Source of the DNA: Paraspadella gotoi
Taxonomy: Eukaryota; Animalia; Chaetognatha
NCBI GenBank assembly: GCA_051294375.1
Contig: CM119265.1
Location: forward strand, 28,805,359 to 28,869,358
Direction of reading: 5' to 3'
Length of the DNA: 64,000 nucleotides
Positions within the stretch are counted from its first letter, which is position 1. Every line of letters begins with the position of its first letter. Below the pieces are notes generated by a model. It ran no database searches, was not told the DNA's origin, and saw nothing but the letters and a program-made list of their open reading frames with translations. A program made the position numbers and the translations under genes. Shown piece after piece: positions 36,901 through 51,294 of this stretch.

Positions 36901-37450
36901 ACTATTTTTTGTCCTGTCAGGATACGATTTTTGTTTCTTTTGCGATATTTTTTCATAGAAGAGGATTTGTTGATAAAAGTGATGTTACGTCTTATAATAC
37001 TAATGCATTTGAGCATAAAAGGAAGTACTATGATTTAAGACTATGGCCTGCTCCACTGAATTGCATTGTAATCTGATTTATCTCTGAATTTGACTTATGG
37101 GTATCCATTTAATTACAATAATAATTGAGGCAATATTTAGGTGAGCCAAATTTATTTTTTATCCATTATTATTTCGTACATTGTTAAGGTATTGCGATTA
37201 ACTTTCCCATGACGACCATTTTCAAAAGTAGTCGGCATGAAAACTAGTCAGTTTATGAGAAACATGCGGTAAGTTCATTCTAACGCACATTACCTTTTCT
37301 ATGGATAGCCTGATCGCGAAGAACACGAAGGTCCACTTCGATCATGTGAATGATCTAGATCTTCTTACCACACCAATTTTCGTCTCCATCATCTCTCTCT
37401 TACTCTACTCTTCCTACTTTTCTTTCACTCTTCATCTCTCTCTCTGCCAC
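33950..37450 (+). repeat. Insertion-rich copy of 42720-45240 (block A)
   Basis: Shared anchors such as ccgctgcttctgccgcggcggggaaatttgctgcgg (34957 / 43323) and aagcgtcgtatgattgagaagcatcgc (36257 / 44379). Confidence 0.9.
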
Positions 37451-40019
37451 TCCTCTTCACATTGCAAGAGTATCAAAGCCATATCTTCAATTGACCTGAT
37501 TTCAGCTTTTCATCACTATCCAAATTAACTTATTTAATTTTTTTTTCAGGTAAAACAAATTTAAAAGATTTCAACCGATAGGCGCTTATCGTCTCATACT
37601 TTGTATTTCTTACGTTTTTGATCCTCCTTTTACTTATGCTCAGTCAGAAATCTTCTATCATGATTGTCTTATTATGCTGTATAATATCATTAATTACATT
37701 TTCTTTCTGATAATACAGTTAAGTCTTTAGTCTCTCTCTAAATCACTTATTACTCCCAAGGGAGGGAAGACGGATTTGAGTATTGATCTCTTTTAATCAC
37801 TTCTTGTATTTACTGCGCTCACTCTCGACTCCCCAACTGAATTTTTCTACTTTCGTCCTTTCTCTCTCTTTACTTTTACTACAATTATTTTAAACCTATC
37901 AAATGCATATACCTTCGCTTCTTATCCCATCCTCTGCAAAACATTTACTCTATTACTTATGAGCATTTCCAAAAATATTTTTAACTGTCTATAATCTTAA
38001 GAATAGACTTAAATAATAAGTTTTCAAACATTTTCTTTCTTTCTCTCTCACACAAATTGCGCCGTGGATGACAGAGTATACAGAGCAAGTAATTGTCTTA
38101 TTCGTCTCGTTGTTTCAGTTATCATTTACAATAACCATTATCTGGATCCATAGAGAATACATTTTCAAAATTATATACTCAGCAATCTCTATTATTCACC
38201 CATGCTCAGAGAAAAGAGTATAAAGGAATCATTACGCATTTAGGCTGCATCAAAAAATAGACATTTTAATTTACCAGATTTTTAAGGGAAATTATTAAAA
38301 AGGATTAAATAAAATAATATTACTAGGAAAAAGTTATAGTTTAGAAAGTTAATTTATGATTTTTTAAATTTTTTAAAATTATTTATGATTCACTAGAATG
38401 TTTGTGTTACAAAAACAAACAACTGTTAAAGATTACAATTTATTTTATAGGAGGTATATTAAAGAATATATTTTATAAATTATTTGTGTTTTCACAGGTT
38501 AAGGATGATATGGTTTGGTTGGTGTCAAAAACGCTGTTAAATTCACAAATGTGATTTTTTATTAAAAAAGAAAGAAATATTTGGTAATTTAGGTTTAAAG
38601 GGGTAATGGTTATTAAGGGGAGGTGTATAAGTTAAAAGGTTGAAGTAAATTGGATAAAAAGCTTAAGAAAAGATAATAGTAAATATAATTTAGAATTAAA
38701 TAAAGGATATGGAATTAAGTTATAGATTTAGTAAAGGAGTATTTAAATAACATGGTCAAAAGTGTGATAATTAGACAGTTTGGTTATATTGACGTGAGTA
38801 AATAATATTTGTTCATACAAAATAAATATCTCATATGAGCTCTATATAAAAGAAAAATAGTTAGTTAAATTTTATATGACTTTGTAACTGGTCCGGAAAC
38901 GAAAAAGTAATTATTTCAAACCAACAACTAATTTAAAAAACAAATGCTATACGGTTTATACTTGAGTAGAATCCAAATAACGGTGAACTACTTGAAAAAC
39001 AATAATATTCATACTTACCAGAAAATTTTTCTCCGCAATTGGACTCGGTCAGTAAGATCTAAACGGTTGAATTTCTAATTTTAGCCTTATTCAGCACGTT
39101 CTCGAGTTAACTTAGTAAGAAGTTATCATTTTTTCTTCCTGTCACTTTAAGCTCGTAACACGCAGATTTGGCTTTCAATTAATATAGCATATTGTTTTTC
39201 GTTTTAACATCTTTTCTATATTAAGTAGGAGTTATATTTCTGTACACTTTAAAGCTCGTATAATTCTATTTCTCTTATTGGCTGACAATAATCTTTGGTC
39301 TCACGGACATAATACGAAATTTTTTCTGATAAAGAAACGAATTTATAGCCAGTTCAATGCTCGAAAAACAAACTAAATGGTCCGAGGTTGCCACCGAGAC
39401 TCGCTCACTGACTCATGGTTAAAAGTTACTAAGTTTAAGATAACACTGAAAGAGCTAGACGAACATCCGATAGCGTTTACGAGACTGTTGCCCTCACGCT
39501 GGTTATCCAGAGTTAAGTTTGGTCAGTAGAATTAAGTCATAATTCTATTGTCGCATATTTTTTTGTGTCACAAAGTTGGTGGTTAATCGGTATAAGTATA
39601 TATTTGATGGAAGGATCTCACTTCATAACGAATATAATCGGTTTTATTTTTTTGTATCTTATGGAATTCTAAAATTTTTATAATTGGAATGTTATCGTCC
39701 ATAACACTCATTAAGTCGGATTTTTTTTCTAACTTTGTCATTAAAATATAAATATCTACAATAATTCGAATAGCACACTCATTTTTAACGTCTTCGTTCA
39801 ATTTTATATATTCATCGACTACATAACAAAAAAACATCGTGCCATATAAAGATTAAAACACATCATTTTTTTTATCTTCAGCACTCTATTAAACATAACC
39901 AGAATCACACTAAGTATAGCAAATAATTCAATATCAAGCCATTTCACATTATAACCAGACTCAATCTTTTAATCTTTTTTATGAACAAACTATTATAAAC
40001 CAAAATTCACATAGGGAAA

Positions 40020-42485
40020 ATTATTTACAAAGGAATCCTCTTGCTCGCTCTCCTCTCTCTCCTCACTTCATCTCTCTCCTCTCTTCTCTCTCTCTCTCTC
40101 TCCTCTCTTTCCTCTCTCTCTCACTCTCTTTCTCTTGTCTTTTTTCAACTCTCTCTCTATTTTTCGCTAGACACTACTGTTTTTCTCTCACTTTCTTTGG
40201 CAGCGGAAGATTCTAATGTAAGAGACTTCACGCTTAAATTTCTTACGCTTTGTTCCTTCTCTCTCTCTTTCTTTCTCTATATTCTCTTTCTCTTCTCTCT
40301 CTTCTCTCTCTCTCTCTCTCCCTCTCTCTCTCTCTCTCGATTCTCTTCTCTCCTCTCTCTCTTCTTCCTCTCTTCTCTCTCTCTCTTTAAAGTCTCTCTT
40401 GCTCTCTCCTCTCTCTTCTCTCCTCTCTCTCTTCTCTCTCTCTCCTCTTCTCTCTCTCTGCTCCATCCTCTCTGTCTTCAAATTGATTTCCCTCTTTTAT
40501 GAAAGGTTCCCTTCGTTTGGCCTGAGATTGCTGTTTGGCGCCTTCAGCCGAATTTTGTGGAAGAGAAAAAAAATGATGAGATGTAATACTATTTCTTTTT
40601 GAGAAAAAAAAAAATTCATAAAAATGATTAATAGGCCAACAATATAAACGAGGCTAATTTTATGTTTATTTAAAAACATTAAAAACATTTAATTGGGTAT
40701 ATTTAATAGTACAATTTATTCATGTATATTCTGACAACTATGGATGCGGAGGAACAGGACATACGAACCAGATAGACAGACAGACAGACATAAGGAAAAG
40801 ACAGAAATGAAAGTTAATTAATTAAGATGATGTGAGGAGAGAAATCGGAAGAGGAGAGAACGAGGAAGAAGAAAGAAGGCGAGGAGGAAGGAAGATGAAA
40901 GAAGAAAAAGACAGAGGAAAAGAAGAGGAGGAGAGAAAGGACGAGGAAGAAGAAAAGAAGGCGAGGAGGGAAGATTAAAAGATAAAGGAAGGAAGAGAGG
41001 GAGGGAAGGACGGGACGAGTGGACCGCGGGAGGAAAAAAAAAGGGAGGTTCATGCCTTGGAAACTTTTTTCTCGGGTCGCTCGACGGAGACGCCGAATGG
41101 TTTCCTCACCGGAGGGAAAAAGGAAGAAAAAGGAGGAAAAAGAAAAAAAGGTGGAAAAGGAAAGAAACGAGGAGGAAAAGACAGAAAGGAGGAAAAAAAA
41201 AGAAAAAGTGGGAGAAAAAGAAAGAAAAAAAAGAGAAAAGAAAAGGTGGAACGGAAAGCAAAAGGAGGGAAAAAGAAAAAAAGGTGAAAAAAGATAGAAA
41301 ACGGGGAGAAAAAAAAGGAAAGAAAAAGGAGGGGAAAAAAAGGTGGAAAAAGGGAAGAAAAAGTAAGAAAAGTGGCAAAGGAAAGAAAAAGTGGAAAAAG
41401 GGGAAAAGAGACAAAATAAAAAAGAGAAAAAGAGGAAAAAGGAAAGAAAAAGGAAAGAAAAAGAAGGGAAAAAAAGGAGGAATTAAGGAAAGAAAAACGC
41501 AAAAAAGAAAAAGAATAAACGAAAGGAGAAAGTTATGTTTCCTCTTTTGTGGTCAAATTCTGAGACAATTTTAAAGGAGTTAAACAAAAGTAGCAAACGC
41601 ATAAAAATGAATTTTGTTTTTTTCGAAGTTAGAGGGGACATTAAGAGGGTATGTTTACGGCACTGACTGTCAAATAGAGGTCGCTTTTTTATTATGTTAA
41701 TGGTATTTTTTTGGCCAACTACTCCAAAAGCGTCCTAATTTTAGATTAAATATTTATTTAATTTATTTATTAAGTTAAATTTTAAATATTAGGATTATGA
41801 CTGATATTACAATTTTGGTTATAGTCCCAGGAATTAGTTGAAGGTTGGGTATAAATTATGAGTTCTGAAAAAAGATTAGTGTTAGAAGTTAAGAAGAAAA
41901 ATTAAACAAAATTCTGGAATAGTCTAAAAAGCTAATTTTAGATTTAAGGTGCTGTAGTTAATTGAGATACTTTAAGTAGAAATCTTCAAACGAATGATTA
42001 TTGTAGCGTTTTTGCTGTTTCCTTTTCTTCTTCAATTTTTCATCTTTTTCTCTCTCTCTTCTCGTCCGTTCTCTCGCTCTCTCTCTCTCTCTTCTCTCTC
42101 GCTCTCTTCTCTCTCTCCTCGTCTCTCTCTCTCTCTCTCTCTCTTTCTTTTCTTTGTGGTAATTTTGTTGATAGGCCGGTGATGGGTTTGTGTGGGCGAC
42201 TGTTTAGTGACAGTCTTCAAAAAAAAACTTCTTTCTTTCTCATCATCGACCATCGTGCGCATAGCGCGAAACGCGTGTTTTTGCGCCGCGGGAGCGTTTT
42301 ACCTATTTTCTTTCTTTAAAAAAAGAAACCGAAAAATCTTCTTTATTTTTTGTATCTCCTTCCATTTTAGTTTCTCCCTTTCGTCTCCTTTCTTTTTTTT
42401 ACTTTTCTTCTTTTCCTATCCCTCTTCTCTTCTTTCTCTCCCGTCCTCTCTCTTCCTCCTCTCTTGTGCTCTTTCCTTCTCTCCT
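40020..42485 (+). repeat. Copy of 45400-47894 (block B); a third partial copy at 58013-59406
   Basis: Shared anchors such as ggcgccttcagccgaattttgtggaagag (40537 / 45947) and gagggtatgtttacggcactg (41645 / 47068 / ~58502). Confidence 0.92.
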
Positions 42486-42590
42486 NNNNNNNNNNNNNNN
42501 NNNNNNNNNNGAGATACGAGGAGAGAGAGAGAGGAGAGAGAAAAGAGAGAGGAGAGAAAGAGAGAGGAGAAAGAGAGAGAGATTATAAGA

Positions 42591-42665
<75 letters not shown>

Positions 42666-42683
42666 AGAGAAAGAGAGAGGAAA

Positions 42684-42719
<36 letters not shown>

Positions 42720-42723
<4 letters not shown>

Positions 42724-43440
42724 GGAAGGCGCCGCGCAGAAGAAAAGTCTTCTCAATTTAGAGACATTTCCGGCTAAAAAATGGGGAAAAGAAAAGACAA
42801 TGAAGCAAAGGACGATAGAAAATGAAAAGGAGGAAGAGAGAATGAGAAAAATTTAAGAGAAAATGAGCAAAAGATAGAAAAGAAAGGAATTATTATAATA
42901 ATAATTAATAAGTATTAATAAGTAATAAGTAGTAATAATTTTTTTACTTTTTGTTGCAGAATCTTAAAGTTTTAAAATCATTTTCTTTTAATTCCTGTTA
43001 TCCTATTAAAACACTACTTCAATATAAGGCCAGAGCGTCTCTTTTGCCATGCAAAATAAAAAATCAATTATATATATATATATATTATATATATATAATT
43101 ATTAATTTATAATAATAATATATATATATATTATATATATTATATATTTATCCATTAATTTTTTTATAACCGAAGAAGCTGCTGGAAAAAAAAAGTCTCA
43201 CCAAAATGTTGCTGCTCCCAATTAGCTGCCGCAACTAATCACTTCGGCATAAAGTTGCTGAAAAAAATATGATCTTTCTACTGCGACAATTTGCGGCAGC
43301 TGCGAAGAGCGTCTGCTGTGGGCCGCTGCTTCTGCCGCGGCGGGGAAATTTGCTGCGGGCGGCTGCTGCTGCTTCGTCGCCGAATCCCGATTGCGTTCGA
43401 CTAGACTCTTGACTTTGATTTATCTCGGTCTGCGCTCTTT

Positions 43441-43519
<79 letters not shown>

Positions 43520-44299
43520 TTCCGAGTTGCAACTTCGGCGCCTCTTCGAATCTCGGCGCGCAGATGCCGAAACAGATGCGCATGCCGCTAGACGTTGCAT
43601 CTGTCGACAGATGCCGAAAGATGCTTGGTTGGGAGACGCTGAGTTTATGAATGTCATTTCACCTGCGAAATGAAGGACTTGGAATCTTTTTAAACGAGTT
43701 GAATGTCTTCAGATGCCGGACAGATGTAAGGCAGGTGCCGTAAGAAGCTCTTAGCTATTTTCAGATCACATACTTTGAGAGATTTTCATATGGACGATGG
43801 CGATATATATATATTTTTCGGTGCTCTATTTTGCTCTTTTTTGCTCTTTTTGCTTTTTTTTCTTTCTTTTTCTTCTTTATGGTCTTTTGTCTTTTTTTTA
43901 TCTGCTCTTTTTTTTTTGCTCTTTTTATTCTTTTAGCTCTTTTAGCTATTTTTCCTTTTTTCTTTTTTTTTGCCTGGACTCTATTAATTATCATTCACTT
44001 TTTTTCTTTCCTTCTTTTGTAAAATTCTCTTTTGAAGAACAAAATACTAAGTTGACATTGTCTATCTTACTATCTCTTTTTTGTCTAAAAAGACAAAGAG
44101 GACAAAGTCGCACGTCGTTAAAGAATGACGAAAATTTGACAATAAAGTCGATTATTGTGACGACAATGACAAAGACGACGTCGATGACGATGATCACTAC
44201 GACGATAACAAAGACGACTTTGTTCACAATGATGAAAAAGACGAAGACACAAACCACGATGACGATGACAACGACGATAATAGCAACGACAATGAAGAA

Positions 44300-44369
<70 letters not shown>

Positions 44370-45225
44370 TTGCCTTTTAAGCGTCGTATGATTGAGAAGC
44401 ATCGCGTCTCTTCGGCCTTAAAAGAACTTATTTATTTCCGTCGACGGCAACGACGATAACGACGACGACAATGATGATGATGAAGATGATGACAATGACA
44501 AAGATACCGGAGACAATGAGTATGATGATGACGATGAGGACGGCAACGACAATGACATAGATGACGACGTCGATAACAACCTTCTATTTTATCTCTTTCT
44601 TCTCTTCATTCTATTTTATCTTTCCTTCCTCTCTCTCCTTCCTCTCCTTCTCTTCCTCCCTCTCCCTCTCTTCCTCCCTCTTCCTTCTCCCTCTCCCCTC
44701 TCCCTCGTCTTCTTTGGCGACGCTCTGATCGTTTTGTATCAATCAGTTTAGCGGCGATGAACGGAACCGTAAAGAGGACGAGATGGGGAGGAAAAGAGGG
44801 AGAGGAAATGGAAGAGAGGAAGAAGGGGAGGAAGAGAGAGAGAGTAGGAAGAAGAGAGGTAGAATAAGAGGAAAAGGGTGAAACAAAACTAAATTTCACA
44901 AAAAATAAAAATAAAAATCACATACTATTTTTTGTCTGTCACGTTTTTGTCCTTTGGATATTTTCATAAAATTTTATAAAAAGTGATGTAGTTTACTAAG
45001 ATTTACTGGAGTAAGTTGATATTTCATATGATTTTTTACATTTCTTTGGGTATTTATACAATAATAATTGAGGCTTTATTTAAATATTGATGAGGTTGAT
45101 TACTTCCCATAGACTTCAAAAGTGTAGGCAATGTCGTTTGGCTGCGGAATTTCTGACGCACTTACCTTTTTATGGACGCGTGGAGACAACGATCATTTCA
45201 CAGTCAGACTCTCACCCCATTTCCG

Positions 45226-45289
<64 letters not shown>

Positions 45290-45436
45290 CTTCTCTCTCT
45301 CTCTCTCTCTCTTCCTCTCTCTCTCTCTCTCTCTTCTGTGTCCACCGGCGACGTTGTTTTGTCTCTTTATAGCTCGTTTTATGCGCTTTGTCCCGTCCGA
45401 ATGAATTTCTCTCTTTCTCTCTCTCTTCTCTCTTTT

Positions 45437-45472
<36 letters not shown>

Positions 45473-45484
45473 CATCTCTCTTCT

Positions 45485-45515
<31 letters not shown>

Positions 45516-45673
45516 TTCTCCTTTCTCTCTCTCTCTCTCTTTCTCTTTCTTTTTTCAACTCTCTCTCTATTTTCGCAGACCTACTGTGTTCTTCTCTCAC
45601 TTTCTTTGGCAGCGGAAGATTTATGTAAGAGACTTCACCTTAAATTTCTTTACCTTTTCCTTCTCTCTCTCTA

Positions 45674-45766
<93 letters not shown>

Positions 45767-45847
45767 ATCCTCTCTCTCTCTCCCTTCTCTCTCTCTCTCT
45801 CTCCCTTCTCTCTTCTCTCCTCTCTATTCACCTCATCTCTTCTCTCT

Positions 45848-45889
<42 letters not shown>

Positions 45890-47461
45890 TCAATTGATTT
45901 CCCTCTTTTTATGAAAGGTTCCCTTGTTTGGCCTGAGATTGCTGTTGGCGCCTTCAGCCGAATTTTGTGGAAGAGAAAAAAAATGATGAGATGTATATAT
46001 TTCTTTTTTGAGAAAAAAAAAAATTCATAAAATGATAAAGGCCACAATATAACGAGGCTAATTTTATGTTTATTTAAACATTAAAACATTTAATGGGTAT
46101 ATTTAATAAGTACAATTTATTCATGTATATTCATGACAACTATGGATGGAGAGACAAACAGACATACAGACAGATAGACAGACAGACAGACATAGGAAAA
46201 GACAGAAATGAAAGTTCAATAACTTAAGATGATGATGAGGAGAGAAATCGGAAGAGGAGAGAACGAGGAAGAAGAAGAAGGCGAGGAGGAGGAAGATGAA
46301 GAAGAAAAGGAAGAGGAAGAAGAGGAGGAGGAGAAGGACGAGGAAGAAGAAGAAGGCGAGGAGGAGGAAGATTAAAAAGAAAAGGAAGAGGAAGAAGAGG
46401 AGGAGGAGAAGGACGAGGAACGAGGGACCGCGGGAGGAAAAAAAAGGGAGGTTCAATTGCTTGGAACTTTTCTCGGTCGCCTCAGACGGAGACGCCGAAA
46501 TGGTTTTCCTCCACCGGAGGGAAAAAAGGAAAGAAAAAGGAGGAAAAAAGAAAAAAAAGGTGGAAAAAAGGAAAGAAAACGGAGGAGAAAAAGAAAGAAA
46601 AAGGAGGAAAAAAGAAAGAAAAAGTGGAAAAAAAGAAAGAAAAAAGAAGAGAAAAGAAAAAGTGGAAAAAAGGAAAGAAAAAGGAGGAAAAAAGAAAAAA
46701 AGGTGGAAAAAAGGAAAGAAAACGGAGAAAAAAAGGAAAGAAAAAGGAGGGGAAAAAAGGTGGAAAAAGGAAGAAAAAAGTAAAGAAAAAGTGGAAAAAA
46801 GGAAAGAAAAAGTGGAAAAAAGGGAAAAAAAGAGGCAAAATAAAAAAGAAAAAAGAGGAAAAAAGGAAAGAAAAAGGAAAGAAAAAGAAGGAAAAAAAAG
46901 GAGGAATTAAGGAAAGAAAAACCAAAAAAAGAAAAGAAGTAAACGAAAAGAGAAAGTTATGTATCTCCTCTTTTGTGGTCAAATTCTGAGACTAATTTTT
47001 AAAGGAGTTAAACAAAAGTAGCAAACCATAAAATGAATTTGTTTTTTTCGAAGTTAGGGGACATTAAGAGGGTATGTTTACGGCACTGACTGTCACATAG
47101 CGTCGCTTTTTATTATGTTAATGTATTTTTTTGGCCATATACTCCAAAAGCGTCTAATTTTAGCTTAAATATTTATTTAATTTATTTATTAAGTTAAATT
47201 TTAAATATTAGGTTATTGAATGATATTACAATTTTGGTTATAGTCAGGAATTAGTTGAAGGTTGGGTATATAATTATGAAGTTTGAAAAAAGATTAGTGT
47301 TAGAAGTTAAGAAGAAAAATTAAACAAAATTCTTGGAATAGTCTAAAAGCTAATTATTAGATTTAAGGTGCTGTAGTTAAATTGAGATATTTAAGTAGAA
47401 ATCCTTCAAACGAATGATTATTGTACGTTTTTGTGTTTCTTTTTCTTCTTCAATTTTCAAT

Positions 47462-47517
<56 letters not shown>

Positions 47518-47894
47518 TCTTTGTGGTAATTTTGTTGATGAGGGCGGTGATGGTTTGTGTGGCGACTGTTTAGTCGACAGTCTTCAAAAAAAAAACTTTT
47601 TTTCCTCATCATCGACCATCGTGCGCATGCGCGAAACGCGTGTTTTTGCGCGCGGGAGCGTTTTACCTATTTTCTTTCTTTAAAAAAAAAAAAAAAGGAA
47701 AAATCTCTTTACTTTTTTTGTATCCTCCTTCCATTTTAGTTTCCTCCCTTTCGTCTCTTTTTTTACTTTTCTTTTCTCCTCCCTCTTCTTCTTCTCCTCC
47801 CTCTCTTCCTCCCTCTCTTCCTCCTCCTCCTCCTTCTTTTTCGTCATTACTTGATATTGCCCAACTGGCAACACAGCAATACTTAGTCTGACTA
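42720..47894 (+). repeat. Blocks A'+B' (cleaner copy of 33950-37450 and 40020-42485)
   Basis: Same anchors and order as the upstream copies but without the 37500-40020 segment. Confidence 0.9.
44300..44369. repeat. (GAC)n trinucleotide microsatellite
   Basis: About 23 contiguous GAC units. Confidence 0.97.
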
Positions 47895-47919
47895 NNNNNN
47901 NNNNNNNNNNNNNNNNNNN

Positions 47920-48021
47920 GACATTCTCCATTTTCATTTTTTCTTGACAACGACGACGGACTAGCGCGAGCTCTCGCAGACTCTCTCTCTCTCTCGTCTC
48001 TCTCTCTCTCTTCTCTCTCTC

Positions 48022-48062
<41 letters not shown>

Positions 48063-48886
48063 TTTGCTTTCTTGTGTTTTGTCCCGAGCGTTTTTGCCGT
48101 CGGCTAAGAAGGCAGAAATTCATGTTCCTTTAGGTTTTTAACAAAGTAATAAACTAAATTATGATTTTTTTATTTTTTTTAAAATAAGATACATTTTTAA
48201 AAATACAATGTAATAAAAAGCTAAAACTATTGCATGAAAACAAATTAGTCATATTCCTCATGAACTAATTTTGTTAGTTTGCTTTATAATTTTTAATATA
48301 TTTGGTGGTACTAGAATTTCTTTTTATTTGTTTAGCTTATCTCTCTCTCTCTCTCTCTCTTTCTCTTCTCTCTCTCTCTCTCTCTCTCTCCTCTCTCCTC
48401 TCTCTCTCTTCTCCTCTTCTCTCTCTCTCTCTCGATTCTTTTCCCATTTCACGGGAAAGGGCTGGGTCGCTAGCGCGAAGAACAATTATTTTTTTTCTTC
48501 GCTTTTCTTAGAAATGAGTTTTTGTTTGAAACAAATCTCCTTCGCTCTTTATTGTTTTTCTTTTTCTTTTTTCTTTTTTTCTTTTTTTTGTTTAATATCG
48601 GGAAATATTTTAAAAACTCTTTAACTCTTTAGCTTTTTTAAATTGCCTTCTATCTGATGGTAAAAATAAGGATTAATGTAGCTTGTAAATAATGTAGCGC
48701 TAAAGTCATTAGGTTGTATTAAAAAAGATTAATCTGTCTAGGAATGTCTACAGTCTTTTCTGGGATGTCTCTGTTTGTATCCAGTGAGTTATGTCTGGTC
48801 TCTCGACTCTCTCTCTCTCTCTCTCTCTCTCTTCTACTTTCTCTCTCTCTCTCTCTCTCTCTTTCTTTCTCTCTATCTATCTCTCA

Positions 48887-48917
<31 letters not shown>

Positions 48918-49172
48918 TTCTCGAAAAGCCCAATTTTTTGGAGGACTTTCTTCAAGGTTCGGCCCCATAATCCTGGCAGACTTGCCCCCCTTGTCCCCTC
49001 CTCCTCCTCTTCCTCCTCCCCCTCTCTCCCTACCCCTTGTTCAGCGGGGGAGAAAGGGCGCCTTGTTAATGGGCAATGCAGCTTTGGAAATGGTATGCTC
49101 ATTACTGAGGGTTTTGGGCAAGACGGGATTAGGTTAAAGAGGGAGATGAGGAGAGAGAGAGAGAGAAAGAGA

Positions 49173-49221
<49 letters not shown>

Positions 49222-51240
49222 GATAGAGAGAGAGAGAGATGAGACATGGGCTATACTCGAGATTCGCGGCTAGGAAGCACGATGTCGGACCACCGAGCCT
49301 TTTGTCCACCATGGCGGACCACATCGTCCGGCCAATCTTTGCCGCCGGGACTCGAGGTCGCGGATCGAGAGAATAAAATCTCTGATCCGGAGCAAATTCC
49401 GCGGATCAACTAGGACGATATCCGGAGATCGGTGGTCGCGGACGGAAGATTTCTTTTAGTTTTTTACTTATTTTTTGGGATAATTTGCTTTTCTTTTCGT
49501 TTGTTTTTGAGACAACGATTATGAATAAAAAAATATTATATGTAATGATGGAAAAATGAAAAAAAAAATTTTAAAATAAAATAACTTAAAAAAAACAAAT
49601 CAATTCGTTTTTTGCACTGAAGGCCCAAAACATTGTTTCGAAATTAATGTTTCAAAAAAATATGAAAAAAATATTTATAATCATCATCATCTTTTGATAG
49701 TTTCACTTTTTCTTAAATTTTGACCAAGAAAAAATTTTTTTTTGAAAGTTGTAGTTATATTTTTATTTATTTAGCTTTTTTCTCTATTCAGAATCTATCA
49801 AAAAAGTTAAGATTGGTTAAAAAAGTATTTTATTCCTTTATACTAATATTGTAATTTTTGATTCGAACAATAAACAGCATTAAAATTGAATTTTTTAAAA
49901 AAAATCTTTTTTTACCTGAAGTACACTCAAAGACTGAAGTTTTAGTGAATTTAATTTTTATCTGGTAGATTTCTAATAAATAAAGGATAAAAAAGGGACA
50001 ATTTATTTACAAACAAAATGACAAGAAAAAGTTAGAATGAGCACAAAATTAACACTATTAAAAACTAAATAACTACCATTGAATAAAAATAAAAGTGAAA
50101 CGTTTTGCCAGCAAGTTCAAGTTGTTGGGCCTTTAGTTGATTTCTCCTTACCAACATTTTCCTTATACTAATAATGACTTTTGTACAATTTCATCTAATT
50201 ATAAATTTAAAATTTAAAATACTGCAAATTAAAAACCTTTTTTTTCATCACTTTAACATTAAATTTGATTTAATTCCTATTAAATTTTTAATTCGATTAC
50301 CTAAATTGTCCAATTTTTTTAAAAAATTCTTCCGTTTTTAATTATTGTCATTTTAACAAGTTGGAAAAAAACAATACAAGTGGAAAAAAATAATAATAGT
50401 TTAAATTATTTGCACTTTATTTGTAATTATTTTTTACTTTAGTATTTATTTATTTATTTCATTTAGCTGTACATTGATCCGACATTTATTTGCTCAAACT
50501 TGGTTTAATACAACTGATATTTTTTTCCTTTTTGTTCTTATTGTGTTTTTCCTTTGTTTCAATGTGAATTGATTTAGAGGAAAGTTTTTAAAAAGAGATA
50601 CAACAAGATTTTATTTCTTATAATGAACGGACATGTTTCGACTCACATACGAGTTTTCTTCAGCGCAATTCAATTGTTAATTTGAACTGTGAATTTTTTT
50701 CTTTCTTTCTTTCTGTCTTTTTTTTTCTTTTTTTTTTTTTTTTGTAATTTTTTTTTACTATTTTCTTTTTATCTTTTCATTATTTTTTTAATTAAAGGAA
50801 TGAGCAGAAAAGAGTCTCGACTCTCGATTCCGCGGACTTTCAGCTCCGGTCGGTTATCCGCGGACTCTGTCATTAAAGCCCGGATGCCGCGGCGAGGGGG
50901 AGAAAAGAGAGAGAAGAGAAGAGGAATGACCCGTCGGGGGTTAGGTGTCGGGTCAGCGTCCGCGACCTGAGCGCCTGGACGGAGGAGAACAATAGCCGGG
51001 CAGCCGGGAAAACAATAGATGTGACCAAAAATTGGTGTCCGCGAAGTTCAAGTATATGCCTCGATAGAGAGAGTGTGATAAAGAGAGAGAGAGACTAAGA
51101 GAGGAGAGAGAGAGAAGAGAGAGAGAGAGCCTTCAAAATATATTGAATAACTTAAATTTCAATAAAACAAACAAAATGCTACTTTTTTTTGATTGAACTT
51201 TTTATTTTTTGGGCATCAGGAGTGTTCATCTCTCTCTTTT

Positions 51241-51294
<54 letters not shown>

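Noticed and set aside
39011-39021. U1 snRNA 5' end (ATACTTACC)
   Set aside because: Only 9 nt match and no U1 body follows; it is simply the complement of a donor-like site.
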